Shown: one piece after another, positions 27,901 through 40,500 of the stretch
Layout: each line of letters starts with the position of its first letter
Numbering within the stretch: the first letter of the stretch is position 1
Program-made: the position numbers and the translations under genes
From: Eledone cirrhosa
Taxonomy: Eukaryota
DNA length: 64,000 nt
Direction: 5' to 3'
Assembly (NCBI GenBank): GCA_964016885.1
Contig: OZ024752.1
Span: forward strand, 29,884,001 to 29,948,000
Notes under the pieces: generated by a model
Told to the model about the DNA's origin: nothing
The model's input: only the letters and a program-made list of their open reading frames with translations
The model's database searches: none

Positions 27901-30739
27901 GTGGTCACTGTAATAGGTTACCAGAGATGGTAATATTGTAGATGTGGGATGTGTGGTCACTGTAATAGATTGGCAAAGATGGTAATATTGTAGATGTAGG
28001 ATGTGAGGTCACTGTAATAGATTGGCAGTGATGGTAATGTTGTAGATGTGGGATGTGTGGTCACCGTAATAGATTGCCAGAGATGGTAATATTGTAGATG
28101 TGGGATGTGTGGTCACTGTAATAGATTGGCAGAGATGGTAATATTGTAGATGTGGGATGTGTGGTCACTGTAATAGATTGGCAGAGATGGTAATGTTGTA
28201 GATGTGGGATGTGTGGTCACCGTAATAGATTGCCAGAGATGGTAATATTGTAGATGTGGGATGTGTAGTCACTGTAATAGATTGCCAGAAATGGTAATAT
28301 TGTAGATGTGGGATGTGTGGTCACTGTAATAGATTGGCAGACATGGTAATATTGTAGATGTGGGATGTGTGGTCATGGTAATAGGTTGCCAGAGATGGTA
28401 ATATTCTAGATGTGGGATGTGTGGTCACCGTAATAGATTGGCAGAGATGGTAATGTTGTAGATGTGGGATGTGTGGTCACGGTAATAGATTGCCAGAGAT
28501 GGTAATGTTGTAGATGTGGGATGTGTGGCCACTGTAATAGATTGCCAGAGATGGTAATGTTGTAGATGTGGGATGTGTGGCCACTGTAATAGATTGCCAG
28601 AGATGGTAATGTTGTAGATGTGGGATGTGTGGTCACTGTAATAGATTGCCAGAGATGGTAATATTGCAGATGAGGGATGTGTGGTCACTGTAATAGATTA
28701 CCAGAGATGGTAATGTTGTAGATGTGGGATGTGTGGCCACTGTAATAGATTGCCAGAGATGGTAATGTTGTAGATGTGGGATGTGTGGCCACTGTAATAG
28801 ATTGCCAGAGATGGTAATGTTGTAGATGTGGGATGTGTGGTCACTGTAATAGATTGGCAGAGATGGTAATATTGTAGATGTGGGATGTGTGGTCACTGTA
28901 ATAGATTGCCAGAGATGGTAATGTTGTAGATGTGGGATGTGTGGTCACTGTAATAGATTGGCAGAGATGGTAATGTTGTAGATGTAGGATGTGTGGTCAC
29001 TGTAATAGATTGCCAGAGATGGTAATGTTGTAGATGTGGCATGTGTGGTCACTGTAATAGATTGGCAGAGATGGTAATGTTGTAGATGTGGGATGTGAGG
29101 TCACTGTAATAGATTGCCAGAGATCGTAATATTGTAGATGTGGGATGTGTGGTCACTGTAATAGATTGCCAGAGATGGTAATGTTGTAGATGTGGGATGT
29201 GTGGTCACTGTAATAGATTGGCAGAGATGGTAATATTGTAGATGTGGTATGTGTGGTCACTGTAATAGATTGGCAGAGATGGTAATATTGTAGATGTGGG
29301 GTGTGTGGCCACTGTAATAGATTGGCAGAGATGGTAATATTGTAGATGTGGGATGTGTGGTCACCGTAATAGATTGCCAGAGATGGTAATATTGTAGATG
29401 TGGGATGTGTGGTCACCGTAATAGATTGGCAGCGATGGTAATGTTGTAGATGTGGGGTGTGTGGTCACTGTAATAGATTGGCAGAGATGGTAATGTTGTA
29501 GATGTGGGATGTTTGGCCACTGTAATAGATTGGCAGAGATGGTAATATTGTAGATGTGGGATGTGTGGTCACCGTAATAGATTGCCAGAGATGGTAATAT
29601 TGTAGATGTGGGATGTGTGGTCACTGTAATAGATTGGCAGAGATGGTAATGTTGTAGATGTGGGATGTTTGGCCACTGTAATAGATTGGCAGAGATGGTA
29701 ATATTGTAGATGTGGGATGTGTGGTCACCGTAATAGATTGCCAGAGATGGTAATATTGTAGATGTGGGATGTGTGGTCACTGTAATAGATTGGCAGAGAT
29801 GGTAATGTTGTAGATGTGGGGTGTGTGGTCACTGTAATAGATTGCCAGAGATGGTAATATTGTAGATGTGGGATGTGTGGTCACTGTAATAGATTGCCAG
29901 AGATGGTAATATTGTAGATGTGGGATGTGTGGTTACTGTAATAGATTGGCAGAGATGGTAATGTTGTAGATGTGGGATGTGAGGTCACTGTAATAGATTG
30001 GCAGAGATGGTAATGTTGTCGATGTGGGATGTTTGGCCACTGTAATAGATTGCCAGAGATGGTAATATTGTAGATGTGGGATGTGTGGTCACTGTAATAG
30101 ATTGCCAGAGATGGTAATGTTGTAGATGTGGGATGTGTGGTCACTGTAATAGATTGCCAGAGATGGTAATATTGTAGATGTGGGATGTGTGGTCACCGTA
30201 ATAGATTGGCAGAGATGGTAATATTGTAGATGTGGGATGTGTGGTCACTGTAAAAGATTGGCAGAGATGGTAATATTGTAGATGTGGGATGTGTGGTCAC
30301 TGTAATAGATTGGCAGAGATGGTAATGTTGTAGATGTGGGATGTGTGGTCACTGTAATAGATTGGCAGAGATGGTAATATTGTAGATGTGGGATGTGAGG
30401 TCACTGTAATAGATTGGCAGAGATGGTAATATTGTAGATGTGGGATGTGTGGTCACTGTAATAGATTGCCAGATATGGTAATGTTGTAGATGTGGGATGT
30501 GTGGTCACTGTAATAGATTGGCAGAGATGGTAATGTTGTAGATGTGGGATGTGAGGTCACTGTAATAGATTGGTAGAGATGGTAATATTGTAGATGTGGG
30601 ATGTGTGGTGACCGTAATAGATTGCCAGAGATGGTAATATTGTATATGTGGGATGTGTGGTCACCGTAATAGATTGCCAGAGATGGTAATGTTGTAGATG
30701 TGGGATGTGTGGTCACCGTAATAGATTGCCAGAGATGAT

Positions 30740-33700
30740 AATGTTGTAGATGTGGGATGTGAGGTCACTGTAATAGATTGGCAGAGATGGTAATATTGTA
30801 GATGTGGGATGTGTGGTCACTGTAATAGATTGGCAGAGATGGTAATGTTGTAGATGTAGGATGTGTGGTCACTGTAGTAGATTGCCAGAGATGGTAATGT
30901 TGTAGATGTGGGATGTTTGGCCACTGTAATAGATTGGCAGAGATGGTAATATTGTAGATGTGGGATGTGTGGTCACTGTAATAGATTGGCAGAAATGGTA
31001 ATATTGTAGATGTGGGATGTGTGGTCACTGTAATAGGTTACCAGAGATGATAATGTTGTAGATGTGGGATGTGAGGTCACTGTAATAGATTGGCAGAGAT
31101 GGTAATGTTGTAGATGTGGGATGTGTGGTCACCTTAATAGATTGCCAGAGATGGTAATATTGTAGATGTGGGATGTGTGGTCACTGTAATAGATTGGTAG
31201 AGATGGTAATATTGTAGATGTGGGATGTGTGGTCACTGTAATAGATTGGCAGAGATGGTAATGTTGTAGATGTGGGATGTGTGGTCACCGTAATAGATTG
31301 CCAGAGATGGTAATATTGTAGATGTGGGATGTGTGGTCACTGTAATAGATTGGCAGAGATGGTAATGTTGTAGATGTGGGATGTGTGGTCACTTTAATAG
31401 GTTGCCAGAGATGGTAATATTGTAGATGTGGGATGTGTGGTCACTGTAATAGCTTGCCAGAGATGGTAATATTGTAGATGTGGGATGTGTGGTCACCGTA
31501 ATAGATTGCCAGAGATGGTAATATTGTAGATGTGGGATGTGTAGTCACTGTAATAGATTGCCAGAGATGGTAATATTGTAGATGTGGGATGTGTGGTCAC
31601 TGTAATAGATTGGCAGAGATGGTAATATTGTAGATGTGGGATGTGTGGTCATGGTAATAGGTTGCCAGAGATGGTAATATTGTAGATGTGGGATGTGTGG
31701 TCACCGTAATAGATTGGCAGAGATGGTAATGTTGTAGATGTGGGATGTGTGGTCACTGTAATAGATTGCCAGAGATGGTAATGTTGTAGATGTGGGATGT
31801 GTGGCCACTGTAATAGATTGCCAGAGATGGTAATGTTGTAGATGTGGGATGTGTGGCCACTGTAATAGATTGCCAGAGATGGTAATGTTGTAGATGTGGG
31901 ATGTGTGGTCACTGTAATAGATTGCCAGAGATGGTAATATTGCAGATGAGGGATGCGTGGTCACTGTAATAGATTACCAGAGATGGTAATGTTGTAGATG
32001 TGGGATGTGTGGCCACTGTAATAGATTGCCAGAGATGGTAATGTTGTAGATGTGGGATGTGTGGCCACTGTAATAGATTGCCAGAGATGGTAATGTTGTA
32101 GATGTGGGATGTGTGGTCACTGTAATAGATTGGCAGAGATGGTAATATTGTAGATGTGGGATGTGTGGTCACTGTAATAGATTGCCAGAGATGGTAATGT
32201 TGTAGATGTGGGATGTGTGGTCACTGTAATAGATTGGCAGAGATGGTAATGTTGTAGATGTAGGATGTGTGGTCACTGTAATAGATTGGCAGAGATGGTA
32301 ATGTTGTAGATGTGGCATGTGTGGTCACTGTAATAGATTGGCAGAGATGGTAATGTTGTAGATGTGGGATGTGAGGTCACTGTAATAGATTGCCAGAGAT
32401 CGTAATATTGTAGATGTGGGATGTGTGGTCACTGTAATAGATTGCCAGAGATGGTAATGTTGTAGATGTGGGATGTGTGGTCACTGTAATAGATTGGCAG
32501 AGATGGTAATATTGTAGATGTGGCATGTGTGGTCACTGTAATAGATTGGCAGAGATGGTAATATTGTAGATGTGGGGTGTGTGGCCACTGTAATAGATTG
32601 GCAGAGATGGTAATGTTGTAGATGTGGGATGTGTGGTCACTGTAATAGATTGCCAGAGATGGTAATATTGTAGATGTGGGATGTGTGGCCACTGTAATAG
32701 ATTGCCAGAGATGGTAATATTGTAGATGTGGGATGTGTGGCCACTGTAATAGATTACCAGAGATGGTAATATTGTAGATGTGGGATGTTTGGCCACTGTA
32801 ATAGATTGCCAGAGATGGTAATATTGTAGGTGTGGGATGTGTGGCAACTGTAATAGATTGGCAAAGATGATAATATTGTAGATGTGGCATGTGAGGTCAC
32901 TGTAATAGATTGGCAGAGATGGTAATATTGTAGATGTGGGATGTGTGGCCACTGTAATAGATTGGCAAAGATGGTAATATTGTAGATGTGGGATGTGAGG
33001 TCACTGTAATAGATTGCCAGTGATGGTAATGTTGTAGATGTGGGATGTGAGGTCACTGTAATAGATTGGCAGAGATGGTAATGTTGTAGATGTGGGATGT
33101 GTGGTCACTGTAATAGATTGCCAGAGATGGTAATGTTGTAGATGTGGGATGTGTGGTCACTGTAATAGATTGCCAGAGATGGTAATATTGTAGATGTGGG
33201 ATGTGTGGTCACTGTAATAGATTGGCAGAGATGGTAATGTTGTAGATGTGGGATGTGAGGTCACTGTAATAGATTGGCAGAGATGGTAATGTTGTCGATG
33301 TGGGATGTTTGGCCACTGTAATAGATTGGCAGAGATGGTAATATTGTAGATGTGGGATGTGTGGTCACCGTAATAGATTGCCAGAGATGGTAATATTGTA
33401 GATGTGGGATGTGTGGTCACCGTAATAGATTGGCAGAGATGGTAATGTTGTAGATGTGGGGTGTGTGGTCACTGTAATAGATTGCCAGAGATGGTAATAT
33501 TGTAGATGTGGGATGTGTGGTCACTGTAATAGATTGGCAGAGATGGTAATGTTGTAGATGTGGGGTGTGTGGTCACTGTAATAGATTGCCAGAGATGGTA
33601 ATATTGTAGATGTGGTATGTGAAGTCACTGTAATAGGTTGCCAGAGATGGTAATATTGTAGATGTGGGATGTGTGGTCACCGTAATAGATTGCCAGAGAT

Positions 33701-34510
33701 GGTAATATTGTAGATGTGGGATGTGTGGTCACTGTAATAGATTGGCAGAGATGGTAATGTTGTAGATGTGGGATGTGTGGTCACTGTAATAGATTGCCAG
33801 AGATGGTAATGTTGTAGATGTGGGATGTGTGGTCACTGTAATAGATTGCCAGAGATGGTAATATTGTAGATGTGGGATGTGTGGTCACTGTAATAGATTG
33901 CCAGAGATGGTAATGTTGTAGATGTGGGATGTGAGGTCACTGTAATAGATTGGCAGAGATGGTAATATTGTAGATGTGGGATGTGTGGTCACTGTAATAG
34001 ATTGCCAGAGATGGTAATGTTGTAGATGTGGGATGTGTGGTCACTGTAATAGATTGGCAGAGATGGTAATATTGTAGATGTGGGATGTGTGGTCACTGTA
34101 ATAGATTGCCAGAGATGGTAATGTTGTAGATGTGGGATGTGTGGTCACTATAATAGATTGGCAGAGATGGTAATATTGTAGATGTGGGATGTGTGGTCAC
34201 TGTAATAGATTGCCAGAGATGGTAATGTTGTAGATGTGGGATGTGTGGTCACTGTAATAGATTGGCAGAGATGGTAATGTTGTAGATGTGGGATGTGAGG
34301 TCACTGTAATAGATTGGTAGAGATGGTAATATTGTAGATGTGGGATGTGAGGTCACTGTAATAGATTGGTAGAGATGGTAATATTGTAGATGTGGGATGT
34401 GAGGTCACTGTAATAGATTGGTAGAGATGGTAATATTGTAGATGTGGGATGTGTGGTCACTGTAATAGATTGGCAGAGATGGTAATATTGTAGATGTGGG
34501 ATGTGTGGTC
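30740..34510 (+). repeat. Distant copy of ~3,330-7,620 (offset ~27.4 kb, ~527 monomers; 517 monomers distally)
   Basis: ORF 3359 matches 30765 (27,406 bp). GTGGCAACTG...GCAAAGATGATA is at 5436 and 32841 (27,405 bp). GTATGTGAAG is at 6731 and 33615 (26,884 bp). Confidence 0.85.
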
Positions 34511-37500
34511 ACTGTAATAGATTGGCAAAGATGGTAATACTGTAGATGTAGGATGTGTGGTCACCGTAATAGATTACCAGAGATGGTAATATTGTAGATG
34601 TGGGATGTGTGGTCACTGTAATAGGTTACCAGAGATGATAATGTTGTAGATGTGGGATGTGAGGTCACTGTAATAGATTGGCAGAGATGGTAATGTTGTA
34701 GGTGTGGGATGTGTGGTCACCGTAATAGATTGCCAGAGATGGTAATATTGTAGATGTGGGATGTGTGGTCACTGTAATAGATTGGCAGAGATGGTAATAT
34801 TGTAGATCTGGGATGTGTGGTCACTGTAATAGATTGGCAGAGATGGTAATGTTGTAGATGTGGGATGTGTGGTCACCGTAATAGATTGCCAGAGATGGTA
34901 ATATTGTAGATGTGGGATGTGTGGTCACTGTAATAGATTGGCAGAGATGGTAATGTTGTAGATGTGGGATGTGTGGTCACTTTAATAGGTTGCCAGAGAT
35001 GGTAATATTGTAGATGTGGGACGTGTGGTCACTGTAATAGCTTGCCAGAGATGGTAATATTGTAGATGTGGGATGTGTGGTCACCGTAATAGATTGCCAG
35101 AGATGGTAATATTGTAGATGTGGGATGTGTGGTCACCGTAATAGATTGGCAGAGATGGTAATGTTGTAGATGTGGGGTGTGTGGTCACTGTAATAGATTG
35201 CCAGAGATGGTAATATTGTAGATGTGGGATGTGTGGTCACTGTAGTAGATTGGCAGAGATGGTAATGTTGTAGATGTGGGGTGTGTGGTCACTGTAATAG
35301 ATTGCCAGAGATGGTAATATTGTAGATGTGGTATGTGAAGTCACTGTAATAGGTTGCCAGAGATGGTAATATTGTAGATGTGGGATGTGTGGTCACCGTA
35401 ATAGATTGCCAGAGATGGTAATATTGTAGATGTGGGATGTGTGGTCACTGTAATAGATTGGCAGAGATGGTAATGTTGTAGATGTGGGATGTGTGGTCAC
35501 TGTAATAGATTGCCAGAGATGGTAATGTTGTAGATGTGGGATGTGTGGTCACTGTAATAGATTGCCAGAGATGGTAATATTGTAGATGTGGGGTGTGTGG
35601 TCACTGTAATAGATTGCCAGAGATGGTAATGTTGTAGATGTGGGATGTGAGGTCACTGTAATAGATTGGCAGAGATGGTAATATTGTATATGTGGGATGT
35701 GTGGTCACTGTAATAGATTGCCGGAGATGGTAATGTTGTAGATGTGGGATGTGTGGTCACTGTAATAGATTGGTAGAGATGGTAATATTGTAGATGTGGG
35801 ATGTGTGGTCACTGTAATAGATTGCCAGAGATGGTAATGTTGTAGATGTGGGATGTGTGGTCACTATAATAGATTGGCAGAGATGGTAATATTGTAGATG
35901 TGGGATGTGTGGTCACTGTAATAGATTGCCAGAGATGGTAATGTTGTAGATGTGGGATGTGTGGTCACTGTAATAGATTGGCAGAGATGGTAATGTTGTA
36001 GATGTGGGATGTGAGGTCACTGTAATAGATTGGTAGAGATGGTAATATTGTAGATGTGGGATGTGAGGTCACTGTAATAGATTGGTAGAGATGGTAATAT
36101 TGTAGATGTGGGATGTGAGGTCACTGTAATAGATTGGTAGAGATGGTAATATTGTAGATGTGGGATGTGTGGTCACTGTAATAGATTGGCAGAGATGGTA
36201 ATATTGTAGATGTGGGATGTGTGGTCACTGTAATAGATTGCCAAAGATGGTAATATTGTAGATGTGGGATGTGTGGTCACAGTAATAGGTTGCCAGAGAT
36301 GGTAATATTGTAGATGTGGGATGTGTGGTCACTGTAATAGATTGCCAGAGATGGTAATGTTGTAGATGTGGGATGTGTGGTCACTGTAATAGATTGCCAG
36401 AGATGGTAATGTTGTAGATGTGGGATGTGTGGCCACTGTAATAGATTACCAGAGATGGTAATGTTGTAGATGTGGGATGTGTGGTCACTGTAATAGATTG
36501 GCAGAGATGGTAATGTTGTAGATGTAGGATGTGTGGTCACTGTAATAGATTGCCAGAGATGGTAATGTTGTAGATGTGGCATGTGTGGTCACTGTAATAG
36601 ATTGCCAGAGATGGTAATGTTGTAGATGTGGGATGTGTGGCCACTGTAATAGATTGCCAGAGATGGTAATATTGTAGATGTGGGATGTGTGGTCACAGTA
36701 ATAGGTTGCCAGAGATGGTAATATTGTAGATGTGGGATGTGTGGTCACTGTAATAGATTGCCAGAGATGGTAATGTTGTAGATGTGGGATGTGTGGTCAC
36801 TGTAATAGATTGCCAGAGATGGTAATGTTGTAGATGTGGGATGTGTGGCCACTGTAATAGATTACCAGAGATGGTAATGTTGTAGATGTGGGATGTGTGG
36901 TCACTGTAATAGATTGGCAGAGATGGTAATGTTGTAGATGTAGGATGTGTGGTCACTGTAATAGATTGCCAGAGATGGTAATGTTGTAGATGTGGCATGT
37001 GTGGTCACTGTAATAGATTGCCAGAGATGGTAATGTTGTAGATGTGGGATGTGTGGCCACTGTAATAGATTGCCAGAGATGGTAATATTGTAGATGTGGG
37101 ATGTGTGGTCACAGTAATAGGTTGCCAGAGATGGTAATATTGTAGATGTGGGATGTGTGGTCACTGTAATAGATTGCCAGAGATGGTAATGTTGTAGATG
37201 TGGGATGTGTGGCCACTGTAATAGATTACCAGAGATGGTAATGTTGTAGATGTGGGATGTGTGGTCACTGTAATAGATTGGCAGAGATGGTAATGTTGTA
37301 GATGTAGGATGTGTGGTCACTGTAATAGATTGCCAGAGATGGTAATGTTGTAGATGTGGGATGTGTGGTCACTGTAATAGATTGCCAGAGATGGTAATGT
37401 TGTAGATGTGGGATGTGTGGCCACTGTAATAGATTGCCAGAGATGGTAATATTGTAGATGTGGGATGTGTCGTCACTGTAATAGATTGGCAAAGATGGTA

Positions 37501-40500
37501 ATATTGTAGATGTAGGATGTGTGGTCACCGTAATAGATTACCAGAGATGGTAATATTGTAGATGTGGGATGTGTGGTCACTGTAATAGGTTACCAGAGAT
37601 GATAATGTTGTAGATGTGGGATGTGAGGTCACTGTAATAGATTGGCAGTGATGGTAATGTTGTAGATGTGGGATGTGTGGTCACCGTAATAGATTGCCAG
37701 AGATGGTAATATTGTAGATGTGGGATGTGTAGTCACTGTAATAGATTGCCAGAGATGGTAATATTGTAGATGTGGGATGTGTGGTCACTGTAATAGATTG
37801 GCAGACATGCTAATATTGTAGATGTGGGATGTGTGGTCATGGTAATAGGTTGCCAGAGATGGTAATATTGTAGATGTGGGATGTGTGGTCACCGTAATAG
37901 ATTGGCAGAGATGGTAATGTTGTAGATGTGGGATGTGTGGTCACTGTAATAGATTGCCAGAGATGGTAATGTTGTAGATGTGGGATGTGTGGCCACTGTA
38001 ATAGATTGCCAGAGATGGTAATGTTGTAGATGTGGGATGTGTGGCCACTGTAATAGATTGCCAGAGATGGTAATGTTGTAGATGTGGGATGTGTGGTCAC
38101 TGTAATAGATTGCCAGAGATGGTAATATTGCAGATGAGGGATGTGTGGTCACTGTAATAGATTACCAGAGATGGTAATGTTGTAGATGTGGGATGTGTGG
38201 TCACTGTAATAGATTGGCAGAGATGGTAATGTTGTAGATGTAGGATGTGTGGTCACTGTAATAGATTGCCAGAGATGGTAATGTTGTAGATGTGGCATGT
38301 GTGGTCACTGTAATAGATTGGCAGAGATGGTAATGTTGTAGATGTGGGATGTGAGGTCACTGTAATAGATTGCCAGAGATCGTAATATTGTAGATGTGGG
38401 ATGTGTGGTCACTGTAATAGATTGCCAGAGATGGTAATGTTGTAGATGTGGGATGTGTGGTCACTGTAATAGATTGGCAGAGATGGTAATATTGTAGATG
38501 TGGTATGTGTGGTCACTGTAATAGATTGGCAGAGATGGTAATATTGTAGATGTGGGGTGTGTGGCCACTGTAATAGATTGGCAGAGATGGTAATATTGTA
38601 GATGTGGGATGTGTGGTCACTGTAATAGATTGGCAGAGATGGTAATGTTGTAGATGTGGGATGTGTGGTCACTGTAATAGATTGCCAGAGATGGTAATAT
38701 TGTAGATGTGGGATGTGTGGCCACTGTAATAGATTGCCAGAGATGGTAATGTTGTAGATGTGGGATGTGTGGTCACTGTAATAGATTGCCAGAGATGGTA
38801 ATGTTGTAGATGTGGGATGTGTGGCCACTGTAATAGATTGCCAGAGATGGTAATATTGTAGATGTGGGATGTGTGGTCACTGTAATAGATTGGCAAAGAT
38901 GGTAATATTGTAGATGTAGGATGTGTGGTCACCGTAATAGATTACCAGAGATGGTAATATTGTAGATGTGGGATGTGTGGTCACTGTAATAGGTTACCAG
39001 AGATGATAATGTTGTAGATGTGGGATGTGAGGTCACTGTAATAGATTGGCAGTGATGGTAATGTTGTAGATGTGGGATGTGTGGTCACCGTAATAGATTG
39101 CCAGAGATGGTAATATTGTAGATGTGGGATGTGTAGTCACTGTAATAGATTGCCAGAGATGGTAATATTGTAGATGTGGGATGTGTGGTCACTGTAATAG
39201 ATTGGCAGACATGCTAATATTGTAGATGTGGGATGTGTGGTCATGGTAATAGGTTGCCAGAGATGGTAATATTGTAGATGTGGGATGTGTGGTCACCGTA
39301 ATAGATTGGCAGAGATGGTAATGTTGTAGATGTGGGATGTGTGGTCACTGTAATAGATTGCCAGAGATGGTAATGTTGTAGATGTGGGATGTGTGGCCAC
39401 TGTAATAGATTGCCAGAGATGGTAATGTTGTAGATGTGGGATGTGTGGCCACTGTAATAGATTGCCAGAGATGGTAATGTTGTAGATGTGGGATGTGTGG
39501 TCACTGTAATAGATTGCCAGAGATGGTAATATTGCAGATGAGGGATGTGTGGTCACTGTAATAGATTACCAGAGATGGTAATGTTGTAGATGTGGGATGT
39601 GTGGTCACTGTAATAGATTGGCAGAGATGGTAATGTTGTAGATGTAGGATGTGTGGTCACTGTAATAGATTGCCAGAGATGGTAATGTTGTAGATGTGGC
39701 ATGTGTGGTCACTGTAATAGATTGGCAGAGATGGTAATGTTGTAGATGTGGGATGTGAGGTCACTGTAATAGATTGCCAGAGATCGTAATATTGTAGATG
39801 TGGGATGTGTGGTCACTGTAATAGATTGCCAGAGATGGTAATGTTGTAGATGTGGGATGTGTGGTCACTGTAATAGATTGGCAGAGATGGTAATATTGTA
39901 GATGTGGTATGTGTGGTCACTGTAATAGATTGGCAGAGATGGTAATATTGTAGATGTGGGGTGTGTGGCCACTGTAATAGATTGGCAGAGATGGTAATAT
40001 TGTAGATGTGGGATGTGTGGTCACTGTAATAGATTGGCAGAGATGGTAATGTTGTAGATGTGGGATGTGTGGTCACTGTAATAGATTGCCAGAGATGGTA
40101 ATATTGTAGATGTGGGATGTGTGGCCACTGTAATAGATTGCCAGAGATGGTAATATTGTAGATGTGGGATGTGTGGCCACTGTAATAGATTGCCAGAGAT
40201 GGTAATATTGTAGATGTGGGATGTTTGGCCACTGTAATAGATTGCCAGAGATGGTAATATTGTAGATGTGGGATGTGTGGCCACTGTAATAGATTGCCAG
40301 AGATGGTAATATTGTAGATGTGGGATGTGTGGTTACTGTAATAGATTGGCAGAGATGGTAATGTTGTAGATGTGGGATTTGAGGTCACTGTAATAGATTG
40401 GCAGAGATGGTAATGTTGTCGATGTGGGATGTTTGGCCACTGTAATAGATTGGCAGAGATGGTAATATTGTAGATGTGGGATGTGTGGTCACCGTAATAG

